64,000 bases of DNA from a bacterium (GTDB taxonomy: Bacteria > Desulfobacterota > Desulfocorpusculales > Desulfocorpusculum): assembly GCA_037481695.1 (NCBI GenBank), contig JBBFLE010000006.1, forward strand, positions 129,530 through 193,529. Reading direction: 5' to 3'. How positions within the stretch are numbered: position 1 is the first letter of the stretch; every line of letters begins with the position of its first letter. The position numbers and the translations under genes are program-made. The notes below the pieces were generated by a model that saw nothing but the letters and a program-made list of their open reading frames with translations, made no database searches and was not told the origin of the DNA. Shown here one piece after another: positions 1 to 10,152 of the stretch.

Positions 1-935
1 GCAACGAGGTGGATCTGGCCTATGGGGTGTCTGGTTTGGGGAGATTCAGGGTGAACATTTTTTCCCAGAGGGATTCCATAGGCATGGTGTTGCGCACCAT
101 ATCCGTGAATCCCCCCACAGTGGCCGAGTTGAATCTGCCTGCGGTCATAGAGAAGATAGCCATGGAGCCAAGGGGACTGGTGCTGGTCACAGGAACCACC
201 GGAAGCGGTAAGTCCACAACCCTGGCAGCCATGGTCAACCACATAAACAGCAACCGCAACTGTCACATCATCACCATAGAAGACCCCATAGAGTTTCTCC
301 ACAGGGACAAGAAAGCCATAATCAATCAAAGGGAGGTTGGGCAGGACACCCAGAGCTTTGCCACGGCCTTAAGGGTGGCCCTGAGACAGGATCCCGACGT
401 TATCCTGGTTGGGGAAATGAGGGATTTTGAGACCATAGAGACCGCTATCCTGGCTGCTGAGACAGGGCATCTGGTGCTAAGCACCTTGCACACCTTGGAC
501 GCCCAGGAGACAGTTAACCGAATCGTGGCAGTGTTTCCTTTTCAACAGCAAAAGCAAATAAGGCTCCAGCTGGCCACCATCTTGAAAGGGGTGATATCCC
601 AAAGACTGGTCTCCAGAGCCGACGGCCAGGGAAGGCTTCCGGCCGTAGAGGTTCTGGTTTCCACGGCCCGCGTGAGGGAGTGCATATCCGAGGAATTAAA
701 GACCAGGGAGCTCCATGATGCCATTGCTCAGGGCTATTCCACTTACGGCATGCAGACATTCGATCAATCTCTGATGGATTTGTTCAGAAGAGGCCTGATC
801 ACTTACGAGGAGGCTCTGAAAAACGCCACGAATCCTGACGACTTCGCCCTCAAGGTGAGCGGTATCTCGGGCACAAGTGAGGCAAGATGGCGCACAGATG
901 AAGACGCCCAGGAGGTGAAGCTGAAATTCGAGTGA
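1..935 (+). CDS. pilT: Type IV pilus retraction ATPase PilT (5' partial; about 60 N-terminal residues lie upstream of the window)
   Basis: Walker A GTTGSGKST, ITIEDPIEF, DVILVGEMRD and AETGHLVLSTLHT motifs typical of the PilT/PilU family; the ORF runs off the window start. Confidence 0.85.
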   Translation, partial: NEVDLAYGVSGLGRFRVNIFSQRDSIGMVLRTISVNPPTVAELNLPAVIEKIAMEPRGLVLVTGTTGSGKSTTLAAMVNHINSNRNCHIITIEDPIEFLHRDKKAIINQREVGQDTQSFATALRVALRQDPDVILVGEMRDFETIETAILAAETGHLVLSTLHTLDAQETVNRIVAVFPFQQQKQIRLQLATILKGVISQRLVSRADGQGRLPAVEVLVSTARVRECISEELKTRELHDAIAQGYSTYGMQTFDQSLMDLFRRGLITYEEALKNATNPDDFALKVSGISGTSEARWRTDEDAQEVKLKFE

Positions 936-1432
936 ACGGATCCGCTCAGCAACAAGCCCAGAGAGCCCTGTCAGCAGCCCTGAGGTACCTGAGCGCACGA
1001 GACCGCACAAGGCATGAGGTGAGTTGTTACCTTCGCAAAAAGGGGTTCTCGGCTCAGGCAGTCCAGGATGCTCTGATGAGGCTTGATCAATGGGGTTACC
1101 TGGACGATCGAAGGGTGGCTCTCAACTGGGCCAGGAACAAGATGCAGGAGTCCTTCTGGGCAAAGGCCAGGGTCATGGGGGCACTGGAGAGAAGGGGCCT
1201 GGAACGAGAGATCATCCAGGATCTGATCTGCCACCTGGACCAGGAGTTGCCCGAGGCGGATCTGGCCTTAAAGGCTGCCAGGAAGTACCTTCGTACCCAT
1301 TCAAAGGCCGGTAAGGACCTCAGCCGCCGTCTGGCAGCCTATCTGTGTAGAAGGGGGTTTGCGCCCGGTATCGTGGCAAGGCTCATCTTCAAAGAGCTGG
1401 GAGAGGATCTGGGAGAAGAAGGAAGTGCCTAG
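932..1432 (+). CDS. recX: RecA regulator RecX
   Basis: 166 aa, repeated helical RecX-like repeats (ALRYLSARDRTRHEV...); ATGA overlap with the pilT stop; precedes alaS as in recA-recX-alaS neighbourhoods. Confidence 0.75.
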   Translation: MNGSAQQQAQRALSAALRYLSARDRTRHEVSCYLRKKGFSAQAVQDALMRLDQWGYLDDRRVALNWARNKMQESFWAKARVMGALERRGLEREIIQDLICHLDQELPEADLALKAARKYLRTHSKAGKDLSRRLAAYLCRRGFAPGIVARLIFKELGEDLGEEGSA

Positions 1433-1476
1433 CAAAGCTGTCTCCAGCAAGAATCTGTAAGGGGATCCACGCTGAG

Positions 1477-4140
1477 ATGAAAGGACGCGATATACGGTTT
1501 TACTTTCTGGAATTCTTCAGGAAAAGGGGACATACCGTGGTGCCCAGTTCCTCCTTGGTGCCCAAGGAGGACCCTTCCCTGCTTTTCACCAATGCTGGAA
1601 TGGTGCAGTTCAAGAAGGTCTTCCTGGGGGATGAGAAAAGGGATTATTCCAGGGCGGTCAGTTCTCAAAAATGCGTTCGGGCGGGCGGCAAGCACAACGA
1701 CTTGGAAAACGTGGGTTGGACCGCAAGACATCACACTTTTTTTGAAATGCTGGGTAATTTTTCCTTTGGGGACTATTTCAAGGAGGGCGCAATCCAGATG
1801 GCCTGGGAGCTTCTGGTGGGGGAGCTGGGGCTGCCTCCAGAGAGGCTCTTTGCCACCATCCACGAGGGGGATGAAGGCATGGGGCTTGGAGCTGATGAGG
1901 AGGCCAGGCAGATCTGGCTCAAGTATTTGCCCTCCCAGCGGATAGTTGCCTGCTCCACCAAGGACAACTTCTGGCAGATGGGGGACACAGGGCCTTGTGG
2001 ACCCTGCTCCGAGATCGTGATAGATCAGGGCCCTGAGGTGGGCTGCAGAAGGCCCGAGTGTCGGGTGGGATGCGACTGCGACCGGTTCCTGGAACTCTGG
2101 AATCTTGTCTTCATGCAGTACAGCAGGGATGAGAAGGGACATCTAAGCCCTCTGCCCAGGCCCAGCATAGACACGGGCATGGGGCTGGAGCGCATAACGG
2201 CAGTGCTGCAGGGGAAGCTGAGCAACTATGACACAGACTTGTTTCAGCCTCTCATAGGCTTAATGGAAGAGCTAGCAGGAAAAAAGTACGGCCTGGATCC
2301 CAAGGCGGACGTCTCCATGAGAGTGGCTGCTGACCATGCCAGGGGGGTGACATTTCTCATAGGGGATGGGGTCATCCCTTCCAATGAGGGCCGAGGATAT
2401 GTGTTACGCCGTATCATCAGAAGAGCTGCCCGCCACGGAAAGCTCCTGGGACTCAGAGAACCTTTTCTTTACAAGGCCTCTCAGATAGTGGTGGAGCAGA
2501 TGCAGGAAGCCTTCCCTGAGCTGGCCCAAAGAAAAGCTGCCATAGAACAGATAATTCTGAAAGAGGAAGAGCGATTCGCAGAGACCCTGGACAAGGGGCT
2601 CAGACTCTTAGAGGAGGAGACCTTGCGTCTCAAGGCCCAGGGTTTAGGTGTCTTGCCTGGGGAGGTGGTATTCAAGCTTTATGACACTTACGGGTTTCCT
2701 GTGGATCTGACGGCGGACGTGGTCAAGGAAGATGGTCTTGAGATAGACACTCCTGGATTTGAAATGGCCATGGAGCAACAGCGCCGAAGGGCCAGGGCGG
2801 CCTGGGCAGGATCAGGGGAGGCAGAGGTACCTGAGGTGTACCGAAGACTGGTTTCCAAAGGGATAAAGACTACCTTTGTGGGCTACGAGAAATTAGAGGC
2901 AAGAAGCCGAGTGAATGCCCTGTTGAAAGACGGCCAGGAGGTGGGCCGTGCCCGGCCAGGGGACAAAGTGGAGGTTGTAACCGAGGAGAGCCCTTTTTAC
3001 GGGGAATCAGGAGGCCAGGTAGGAGACAAAGGGCTCATTTTAGGACCAGGCTTGCGGATCCAGGTCCTGGACACCCTAAGACCCCTGATGGAACTAACCG
3101 TGCACATGGGAACCATCCTGGAGGGCGAGCTGGAGTTGGGCCAGGAAGTGGAGCTTCTGGTGGATAAGCAACTTAGGTGGGACACGGCCAGAAACCACAG
3201 CGCCACTCACATTCTTCAGTGGGCCCTGCGGGAGATCTTGGGGGAGACGGTACATCAGTCAGGATCCAGGGTGACTCCTGAGGGTTTCCGCTTTGATTAC
3301 ACCTACTCCTTAGGGGTGAGTCCCCAGGAGTTGAGGGAGGTGGAGCGTCTGGTCAACCAGAAGATAAGGGAGAATGCTCAGGTGAGGGTGCTCCTCATGC
3401 CCTACCAGGAGGCCCTGAAGACAGGGGCCATGGCCTTGTTTGACGAAAAATATGGGGAGACGGTGAGGCTGGTGGAAATGGGTGATTTCTCCAGGGAGCT
3501 TTGCGGAGGCACCCATGTGCATCACACCGGGGAAGTGGGTTTTTTCAAGATCCTAAGCGACAGAAGCATCTCGGCTGATGCGCGTAGGATGGAGGCCGTC
3601 ACGGGAAGGGCAGCGGTGGAATTGGTTCAGAAAAACGAGAAGACCCTTCGGGATCTGGCAGAGCTGTTCAAAGCCGGCCCTGAGGAACTCATGGAAAAGG
3701 CCCGGCGGGTCTTGGAACGCCAGAAGGAGCTGGAAAAGCAGGTCAGGGCCTTGGAGGCTCGTGCTGCCACAGGAGGCTCCAGGGATTTGCTTTCCCTGAC
3801 CCGGGAGGTGGCCGGAATAAAGCTGCTCTGTGCAGAGGTGGAGCTGGAAGATCCCAGAGCCATGGGCCAAATGGGGGATCAACTAAGGGATAGACTGGGC
3901 TCAGGTATAGTTCTCCTGGGTTCCAGGAGTGGCCCCAAGGCGGCCCTGACCATTTCGGTTTCCAGGGACCTGCAAGAGCGTTTTCCGGCCGGAGAGCTTA
4001 TGAGGCAGGTGGCTGAGCTGGTTGGGGGAAAAGGAGGCGGCAGGCCCCATTTTGCACAAGGGGGAGGTCCTGCCAAGGAGAAGCTCCCTGAGGCCTTGGG
4101 TAAGCTTGGGGAAATAATTCTTGAGAGGGCTGGCGGATAG
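1477..4140 (+). CDS. alaS: Alanine--tRNA ligase
   Basis: 887 aa; class II motifs FTNAGM, KCVRAGGKHNDLENVG, FEMLGNFSFGDY, zinc-binding editing motif HSATH and a C-terminal DHHA1-like tail. Confidence 0.95.
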   Translation: MKGRDIRFYFLEFFRKRGHTVVPSSSLVPKEDPSLLFTNAGMVQFKKVFLGDEKRDYSRAVSSQKCVRAGGKHNDLENVGWTARHHTFFEMLGNFSFGDYFKEGAIQMAWELLVGELGLPPERLFATIHEGDEGMGLGADEEARQIWLKYLPSQRIVACSTKDNFWQMGDTGPCGPCSEIVIDQGPEVGCRRPECRVGCDCDRFLELWNLVFMQYSRDEKGHLSPLPRPSIDTGMGLERITAVLQGKLSNYDTDLFQPLIGLMEELAGKKYGLDPKADVSMRVAADHARGVTFLIGDGVIPSNEGRGYVLRRIIRRAARHGKLLGLREPFLYKASQIVVEQMQEAFPELAQRKAAIEQIILKEEERFAETLDKGLRLLEEETLRLKAQGLGVLPGEVVFKLYDTYGFPVDLTADVVKEDGLEIDTPGFEMAMEQQRRRARAAWAGSGEAEVPEVYRRLVSKGIKTTFVGYEKLEARSRVNALLKDGQEVGRARPGDKVEVVTEESPFYGESGGQVGDKGLILGPGLRIQVLDTLRPLMELTVHMGTILEGELELGQEVELLVDKQLRWDTARNHSATHILQWALREILGETVHQSGSRVTPEGFRFDYTYSLGVSPQELREVERLVNQKIRENAQVRVLLMPYQEALKTGAMALFDEKYGETVRLVEMGDFSRELCGGTHVHHTGEVGFFKILSDRSISADARRMEAVTGRAAVELVQKNEKTLRDLAELFKAGPEELMEKARRVLERQKELEKQVRALEARAATGGSRDLLSLTREVAGIKLLCAEVELEDPRAMGQMGDQLRDRLGSGIVLLGSRSGPKAALTISVSRDLQERFPAGELMRQVAELVGGKGGGRPHFAQGGGPAKEKLPEALGKLGEIILERAGG

Positions 4141-4164
4141 ATCTTTGGGGAGCCCGGATTAAGG

Positions 4165-4686
4165 TCAATTGGTCATGTTCTCGATCTTTTCAACCCATTT
4201 CCTGGCAGCCCCACGAAGCTCTTCTTCCTCTATACGGGGAGCCGAGCCCAGAAGCTCCTCGGCCTCCTCTTCTGATATGCCCAGCTCCTGAGCCACCATG
4301 AAAGCATCCAGGTCTTCCCCGGCCAAGGCTCTGGAACAGGCTGCCACTGCCCCCAGAAGTACATCTCCCTGATAGAGCGGGATTATCATCTTGCAAAGCC
4401 CTATCTGACACAGGTCCACCACGGGCTGGCGGATCTTCTCAGCCTGCTTCATGAGGGCCTGGCTAGTCTGGCCGCAAACAAATGTGAGACTCTCCGGGCG
4501 ATTGCGCACACGTATGCAAACGTCTGTATAGTCACCCACATGCACCAATATGTTTCCCCTGGAGTCCACAAGAGTGGCCACCATCCCCAGCTCTTGGGAA
4601 AGCTCCCTCAGCAATTGGGCCCAGCTTTCTTCCGGAAGAAGCTTAAAGGGGCTCCAATCCTGTTTAGTGTCTTTGTGCTCAGCCAT
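4165..4686 (-). CDS. Standalone PocR-like sensor-domain protein (hypothetical)
   Basis: 173 aa from ATG at 4686 (MAEHKDT...); conserved-Cys/Gly pattern reminiscent of PocR ligand-binding domains; no output domain. Confidence 0.4.
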   Translation of the reverse strand: MAEHKDTKQDWSPFKLLPEESWAQLLRELSQELGMVATLVDSRGNILVHVGDYTDVCIRVRNRPESLTFVCGQTSQALMKQAEKIRQPVVDLCQIGLCKMIIPLYQGDVLLGAVAACSRALAGEDLDAFMVAQELGISEEEAEELLGSAPRIEEEELRGAARKWVEKIENMTN

Positions 4687-4873
4687 AAAAAGCCCTCCTC
4701 TGGACTGGAACCTGGAGTCGCTTTTCCATGAAGCCACATGCTTGCTGTGTCTTGAGACACCCCACAAAGCCAGATCATGGAATCATATTCCAACAAAGGC
4801 TGTTGGCCAAGACCCGCCCTAGGCCAAGGCCCCTTTTTTGGTCATTCTTAGATCTAGGCTGAGGCCAAATCTC

Positions 4874-5770
4874 TCATATATCCCACCTGTGCTTCTCCAG
4901 GGGAGGCTCGGGTGGCTTTTTCAGCTCAGGTTCCAATAGCATCCACCTGCCGCTCAAGCGGGCCCAGGCCTCTCCCACAAACCTCACGTTGTTGGCCCTG
5001 GCAAAAACCACCACCCATTGATCATCCAGCCAACCCTCCAGGGATCCACGAACACTCTCTCCCACCTCTTTGTCCAGATCTGCCCTGAGAAGGAAAGTCC
5101 AGTCTTGCGCCTGAGAAGGGGGCCTCTTGGCTCGGGCCTCCTGCTCTGAGGCCACCTGGAGTCTCAGGCTCATGGGATCCTGGCGGGCTAGGTTGTCAAT
5201 TATAAAGGCCTGGCCTGGTCTCAGGGGGCCGTACACTCCAGCCCTCCAGTTAAGAAAAGCCGAGAGGGGATCGTCCAGGAGCTTCCCCTGGGGAGGGAAA
5301 TATTTTTTTCTGGAGCCATCTGGTCTCATCTTGTACTCCGTATAGGATCTAGATCCTGGCTCAAAGACCAGCACCTTTCTCCTCCAGGAGCCCTGGCGGG
5401 CCACCTGATCGGCATGCCACAAGGGCATAAAACGGCCTTTGTCCGATTCCCACTGTACAAGGGAGGCCAAGAGATCCACACGCTGCAAACTCAGAATCCC
5501 CGCTATGCCCTGAAGCCTTGTTTTCATGGCCACCAGATACTTCTGGGTGGAGGCCACCTTCTGGATCCAAATCCTGCCTTCGGCAAAGTCCTCCATGAGA
5601 GGGCAGCCCGCCTTGTACTCAAGGGCACGGCCCACCCAGAGTCCCAAATCCTCAGGCAGCCCTTGGACCTGCGTGGCTGTACAAGGCCGGGGCCACGAGC
5701 TTCTCAGGATTCCTGCTATTCCAAGGGCCTTGAGCAGGATTTTCATGAAATGGCGACGCTGAATTTCCAT
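4874..5770 (-). CDS. Tat-exported hypothetical protein
   Basis: Start chosen at MEIQRRHFMKILLKALGIAGIL (twin-arginine RRxFxK motif plus hydrophobic h-region); no recognisable catalytic motifs. Confidence 0.45.
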   Translation of the reverse strand: MEIQRRHFMKILLKALGIAGILRSSWPRPCTATQVQGLPEDLGLWVGRALEYKAGCPLMEDFAEGRIWIQKVASTQKYLVAMKTRLQGIAGILSLQRVDLLASLVQWESDKGRFMPLWHADQVARQGSWRRKVLVFEPGSRSYTEYKMRPDGSRKKYFPPQGKLLDDPLSAFLNWRAGVYGPLRPGQAFIIDNLARQDPMSLRLQVASEQEARAKRPPSQAQDWTFLLRADLDKEVGESVRGSLEGWLDDQWVVVFARANNVRFVGEAWARLSGRWMLLEPELKKPPEPPLEKHRWDI

Positions 5771-5919
5771 CAAGTTCCAATCTCCCTTGGGGTCAAAAGA
5801 ATCACTCTGATTGACTCCCAATGATCCGGCTGGATGCAGTTGACATCAGACCGGAATAATGTAGCTTGTAACGAATGACCCCATTGAGCGGGGCCTGAAG
5901 CAAGGGAGCAAGGCCTATT

Positions 5920-6462
5920 ATGTTCATATTCGGTCATGCAGGATTGACCCTCATGGGTTATCAAATCTTGGGGAGAAAGAACTCTGGCCTGTACCCCACC
6001 CGATTCCCACAGGTGGGAGCCATTCTCTTTTTTTCCCTTCTCCCAGATCTCTTGGACAAGCCTTTGACCGTGTGGCTGGTCCAAGGGGCTGTTTCAACTC
6101 GCTGGCTAGGACACACCATGGCCTTTTCCATGCTGGTGTGCCTGGCTGTTTACTTGCTGATTCCTTCCTGGAAAAAATATGTATGGGGCTGTCCAGGGCA
6201 CCTTCTCCTGGATGGGATGTGGAGGTCTCCCCAAACCCTCTTGTTTCCGGTTCTGGGGTGGGAGATGGATCCTGGCTCGGACCCCAAGATCTCCTTTTGG
6301 GATCTCATTGCCTCCAGTATCCACAGGATAACAAGTGAACCTGGGTTGATCTTACCAGAACTCCTGGGCCTGCTGGTGCTCTCTTGGGCCCTGGCCCGTA
6401 TGGGCGTTACATTTCGGGGCAAGGCCCGTGTGGTCCAGGATCTCCCTAGAGCCCAGCCCTGA
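5920..6462 (+). CDS. Membrane-bound metal-dependent hydrolase (DUF457/YdjM-like)
   Basis: 180 aa polytopic membrane protein with N-terminal His and LPDLLDKPL motif typical of this LexA-regulon family. Confidence 0.55.
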   Translation: MFIFGHAGLTLMGYQILGRKNSGLYPTRFPQVGAILFFSLLPDLLDKPLTVWLVQGAVSTRWLGHTMAFSMLVCLAVYLLIPSWKKYVWGCPGHLLLDGMWRSPQTLLFPVLGWEMDPGSDPKISFWDLIASSIHRITSEPGLILPELLGLLVLSWALARMGVTFRGKARVVQDLPRAQP

Positions 6463-6475
6463 GTCCAAGAGAAGC

Positions 6476-8401
6476 TCAAATGGCCCTGCCTATGCGGGCG
6501 CCCTCCAAGATGGCCTCCTTAATGCTTCTGGGTTCCAGGCAATCCCCTATTCGGTGTACCTCCAGACCCTCTGAGCAAAGGGGTGCAAAGAGGCTGTCCT
6601 CAGCACAGGTACCCAGGGCAAGCACCACCGCCGGAGCATTGAGGCTCAGGAGCTCTTTGTTTTCTGCCATCTCGCAACTCAGACGGCCGTCCTTGTACCC
6701 CAATATGCGGTGATTGGTAAGGAGCTCCACCCCGCTGCTACGCAGCCGCTCCAGGATGAGCTTTCGGGTCATGGCCTCATACTGGCGCCCCACCGAGTCG
6801 GTCATCTCCACGATGGTGACCCTATGCCCCCACTCTACCAGATGCAGGGCCACCTCACAGCCAATGGCTCCTCCTCCTGCCACCACCACCTCTTCTGGGA
6901 GCTTCTCCGGGGTCTCCAGGGCCTCCTTGTACGTGTAAAGGCCTTTGTTGCCTTCCTGAAGGAAGGGAAGCTTTAGGGGTTTTGCTCCGGTGGCCAGGAT
7001 CACCACCTCTGGATTTCTGTGCAGGATCTCTTGGGGGTCCATTGCATGGCCCAAGGTGCAATAAACCTTGTGAAGGGACAGTTTGCACTGGTGGAACCTT
7101 ACGATGTTAAGCAAGTCCTTCTTGTGAGATGGTATGGCCCCCAGAATCACCTGGCCGCCTATCTTTTCCGAGGCTTCTACCAACTCCACCTGGTGCCCCC
7201 TGCTGGCTGCCACCCATGCAGCCTCGCAGCCCGCAGGTCCGGCCCCTACTACCAGCACCCGGCGCTTCTTGGAGACCACATGGACAGCCATCTCCTGCTC
7301 CCGGCTAAGCTCGGGATTTACCAGGCACTCCACCCTGCCTTTCTTGAAAATGGAATTGATGCATGTATTGCAGCCCACGCACCTTCTGATCTCCTCTAAC
7401 CTCCCCTCCATGGCCTTCTTGGGAAGCTCGGGATCGGCCAGAAGCGCTCTTCCCATGCAGACCAGATCCGCTTTACCCTCCCTGAGGATCTCTTCTGCCA
7501 GTGCAGGGCCATTGATCCTTCCCACACATATCACAGGGATCTCCACCTCCTGTTTGATCCGGTGGGCCGAGTCCACCAGGCAGCCTCTGGGCATCAGCAT
7601 GGGCTGGGAGATCCATTCCGGGGTGGCATCGTTGCCTGCGGAGACTTGGACTGCATCTATTCCTGCCTGCCTCAAGAGCTTGATCACCTCGATGCTTTCT
7701 TGTACCGTGAGCCCGCCTGGCACGAATTCCTGGGCGCTGATCTTGAATGATATGGGGAAGTCAGGTCCCACTCTCTTTCGAACTTCCCTTACCACCTCAA
7801 GGGCGAACCTGCTGCGGCCACGAGTGTCCCCTCCGTACTCATCTTCCCTTATGTTGGAGAAACCCGAAAGGAACTGGTTTATGAGATACCCGTGGGCCCC
7901 GTGAATTTCCACCAGCTCGAAGCCCGCCTCCACTGCTCTTTGGGCCGCATCTCCGAAAAGCTTTACTATGCGTTGGATGCCTGCTTGATCCAACACCTCG
8001 ACTTCCCCACGGATGGTGGGGCACCTCAAAGGAGAGGGAGCCAGGGGGTAGCGACCAATAACCTTGGAGGAGGTCTGCCTGCCCGCATGATGGATCTGTA
8101 TTCCTGCTCTGGCCCCTTGTGCTTTTATCACCTCTGCAAGGCTGGCAAGCCCTGGAATGAAGGAGTCATCAAAGATGCGCATCTGGTGATGGGAAACTAT
8201 GCCCTCTGGAGCCACGGCCGAGGCCTCCACCATGACCATGGCGGCTCCTCCCCTGGCCCGCTGGCGATAGTATTCCCTGGTCCGCTCAGTGATGGATCCA
8301 TCTGCCTCCACCAGAAACACTCCCATGGGGGGCATGACTATGCGGTTCTTGAGAACCAGGCCTCTTAAGCTAAAAGGGGAGAAGAGGTTCTCCAGTTTCA
8401 T
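6476..8401 (-). CDS. NADH:flavin oxidoreductase / 2,4-dienoyl-CoA reductase-like (OYE TIM barrel + FAD/NAD(P)-binding domain)
   Basis: 641 aa; N-terminal Old-Yellow-Enzyme domain, central Cys cluster CVGCNTCIN, C-terminal Rossmann GAGPAG...GGGAIGCE. Confidence 0.8.
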   Translation of the reverse strand: MKLENLFSPFSLRGLVLKNRIVMPPMGVFLVEADGSITERTREYYRQRARGGAAMVMVEASAVAPEGIVSHHQMRIFDDSFIPGLASLAEVIKAQGARAGIQIHHAGRQTSSKVIGRYPLAPSPLRCPTIRGEVEVLDQAGIQRIVKLFGDAAQRAVEAGFELVEIHGAHGYLINQFLSGFSNIREDEYGGDTRGRSRFALEVVREVRKRVGPDFPISFKISAQEFVPGGLTVQESIEVIKLLRQAGIDAVQVSAGNDATPEWISQPMLMPRGCLVDSAHRIKQEVEIPVICVGRINGPALAEEILREGKADLVCMGRALLADPELPKKAMEGRLEEIRRCVGCNTCINSIFKKGRVECLVNPELSREQEMAVHVVSKKRRVLVVGAGPAGCEAAWVAASRGHQVELVEASEKIGGQVILGAIPSHKKDLLNIVRFHQCKLSLHKVYCTLGHAMDPQEILHRNPEVVILATGAKPLKLPFLQEGNKGLYTYKEALETPEKLPEEVVVAGGGAIGCEVALHLVEWGHRVTIVEMTDSVGRQYEAMTRKLILERLRSSGVELLTNHRILGYKDGRLSCEMAENKELLSLNAPAVVLALGTCAEDSLFAPLCSEGLEVHRIGDCLEPRSIKEAILEGARIGRAI

Positions 8402-8494
8402 TTGGGAATCTCCTTAATGCAAGAGCCGTTTACCGTAAAACACTTCTAACCCTTCTCTTGAGTTGTGTCAAACAGGCTCAAGTGCAGCAGGCCT

Positions 8495-9310
8495 CTAAGA
8501 CCTGGCCGAGGCTGCCTTGCGCCACATTCGCCTGAATTTGAGACGGCTAATCCTAAGGTAGTCCCTATCTGTTGCGAAAACTTCCAGGGTGGCCCAACCC
8601 TTGTAACCCGACTCCTTGAGGGCTGCAGCAACCTTCACAAAGGGAATCCTCCCCGCCCCTATGGGCAGATGATCGTCCCTTTCCCCCCAATTGTCGCTTA
8701 TATGGACATGCAATATTTTTTCACCATAGGCGGTTATGAAATCACTGATCCTTGGGAAGCCGCCGCCTATGAAGGCATGCGCCACATCCAGGGTGATTCC
8801 CAGGTTGGGGAATTTCTTCAAGACAGGGTCAAAGTCCCCAGGAGTCACAAGCCATCCTCCCTTGGGGAACATGTTCTCCAGGCCCACCGGGATACCCAGG
8901 CTGGAGGCCTTTTCCAACAGAGCTTCCAGGCTCTCCAAGGCAGCTCGGGTGCTTAAGTCCCTGGCCACATTTCCCAGGCCCAGGAAGCTTCCTGGATGTA
9001 ACACCACGCATCGAGCCTTCAAATGGGAGGCCAGATTTAAGCCCTCCAAGGTCTCCTCCAGGGAAGCTTTTCTTATGCGGGGAGTCAGGTCCCCTGGCCA
9101 TACAAAGGTGGGGAGATGCACCACCAATCCCATGGAGCAATCCCCGAGAAGACCCAGTATCCTGTCCTTGCGCTCCCAGATGAGGGCAGGCAGTGCCTGA
9201 GGGGCATCCAGGGCCATCTCCAGAAAGTCGAAGCCCAGGGCGGCAATTGCCCTTATCTCTTCTTCCAGGTCCTTGATGGGGTAGTTCATGGCCCCTAATA
9301 GCAATGTCAT
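8495..9310 (-). CDS. Sugar phosphate isomerase/epimerase (xylose-isomerase-like TIM barrel)
   Basis: 271 aa; AP-endonuclease-2/xylose isomerase-like fold signature (LGFDFLE..., VVLHPG, HISDN). Confidence 0.65.
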   Translation of the reverse strand: MTLLLGAMNYPIKDLEEEIRAIAALGFDFLEMALDAPQALPALIWERKDRILGLLGDCSMGLVVHLPTFVWPGDLTPRIRKASLEETLEGLNLASHLKARCVVLHPGSFLGLGNVARDLSTRAALESLEALLEKASSLGIPVGLENMFPKGGWLVTPGDFDPVLKKFPNLGITLDVAHAFIGGGFPRISDFITAYGEKILHVHISDNWGERDDHLPIGAGRIPFVKVAAALKESGYKGWATLEVFATDRDYLRISRLKFRRMWRKAASARS

Positions 9311-10152
9311 TCCTCCAAGGAGTGGGGCCCTACCATGGACGAGGTCAGGGCCTTTATGGATTCCTCCCGGATAAGGCGGGAGACCTCTGTCTTTATTCTC
9401 AAGAACTCCGGGGAGGCCTTTACCTGGTAATCTCTGGGGCGGGCAAGGGGAACCTCCAGAACCGCTTTGATCCTTCCAGGCCTTGCGGTCATGACAAAGA
9501 TCCGGTCAGAAAGGAATACCGCCTCTTCAACGTCATGGGTCACGAAGAGGATGGTCTTGTGAAGCTCTTCCCAGATCTGCAGGAGAAGCTCCTGCATGAG
9601 GGAGCGGGTCTGGGTATCCAAGGCCCCGAAGGGCTCATCCAAAAGCAGGATGTTGGGATCATTGGCCAGGGCCCTGGCAATGGCCACCCTCTGTTTCATG
9701 CCCCCAGACAGGCTTCTGGGATAAGCTCTTTCGAATCCTGAAAGTCCTATCTTCTGAATGAAATTGAGGGCCACAGCCTCGCATTCTTTCTTGTCGCGTC
9801 CCGAAAGTCGAAGCCCGAACTGAATGTTCTCCACCACCGTAAGCCATGGAAAGAGGGTGTAGTTCTGGAAAACCATGCCTCTGTCTTTCCCTGGACCCTC
9901 TATTGTACGGCCGTCCAAGGTGGCACTGCCTGCGCTGGGTCTGGAAAGACCGGCCAGGATCCTAAGCAGAGTGGATTTCCCGCATCCTGAAGGCCCCAGG
10001 ATTGTGGCAAACTCCTGGTCCCGGATCTCCATCTGGATCCCTTCCAGGGCCGTGACTTTGACCCCGTGGGTGTGGAAGCTTTTGGAGAGCCCCTGCACCC
10101 TCAGTCTTACAGAGTTTATTCTGTCCACGGGAAGAGTTTCCTTTGCAACCAC
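9307..10152 (-). CDS. ABC transporter ATP-binding protein (NitT/TauT family, SsuB/TauB-like)
   Basis: Walker A GPSGCGKST, signature LSGGMKQR, Walker B LLLDEPFGALD; 4-bp overlap with upstream gene. Confidence 0.85.
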   Translation of the reverse strand: MVAKETLPVDRINSVRLRVQGLSKSFHTHGVKVTALEGIQMEIRDQEFATILGPSGCGKSTLLRILAGLSRPSAGSATLDGRTIEGPGKDRGMVFQNYTLFPWLTVVENIQFGLRLSGRDKKECEAVALNFIQKIGLSGFERAYPRSLSGGMKQRVAIARALANDPNILLLDEPFGALDTQTRSLMQELLLQIWEELHKTILFVTHDVEEAVFLSDRIFVMTARPGRIKAVLEVPLARPRDYQVKASPEFLRIKTEVSRLIREESIKALTSSMVGPHSLEE

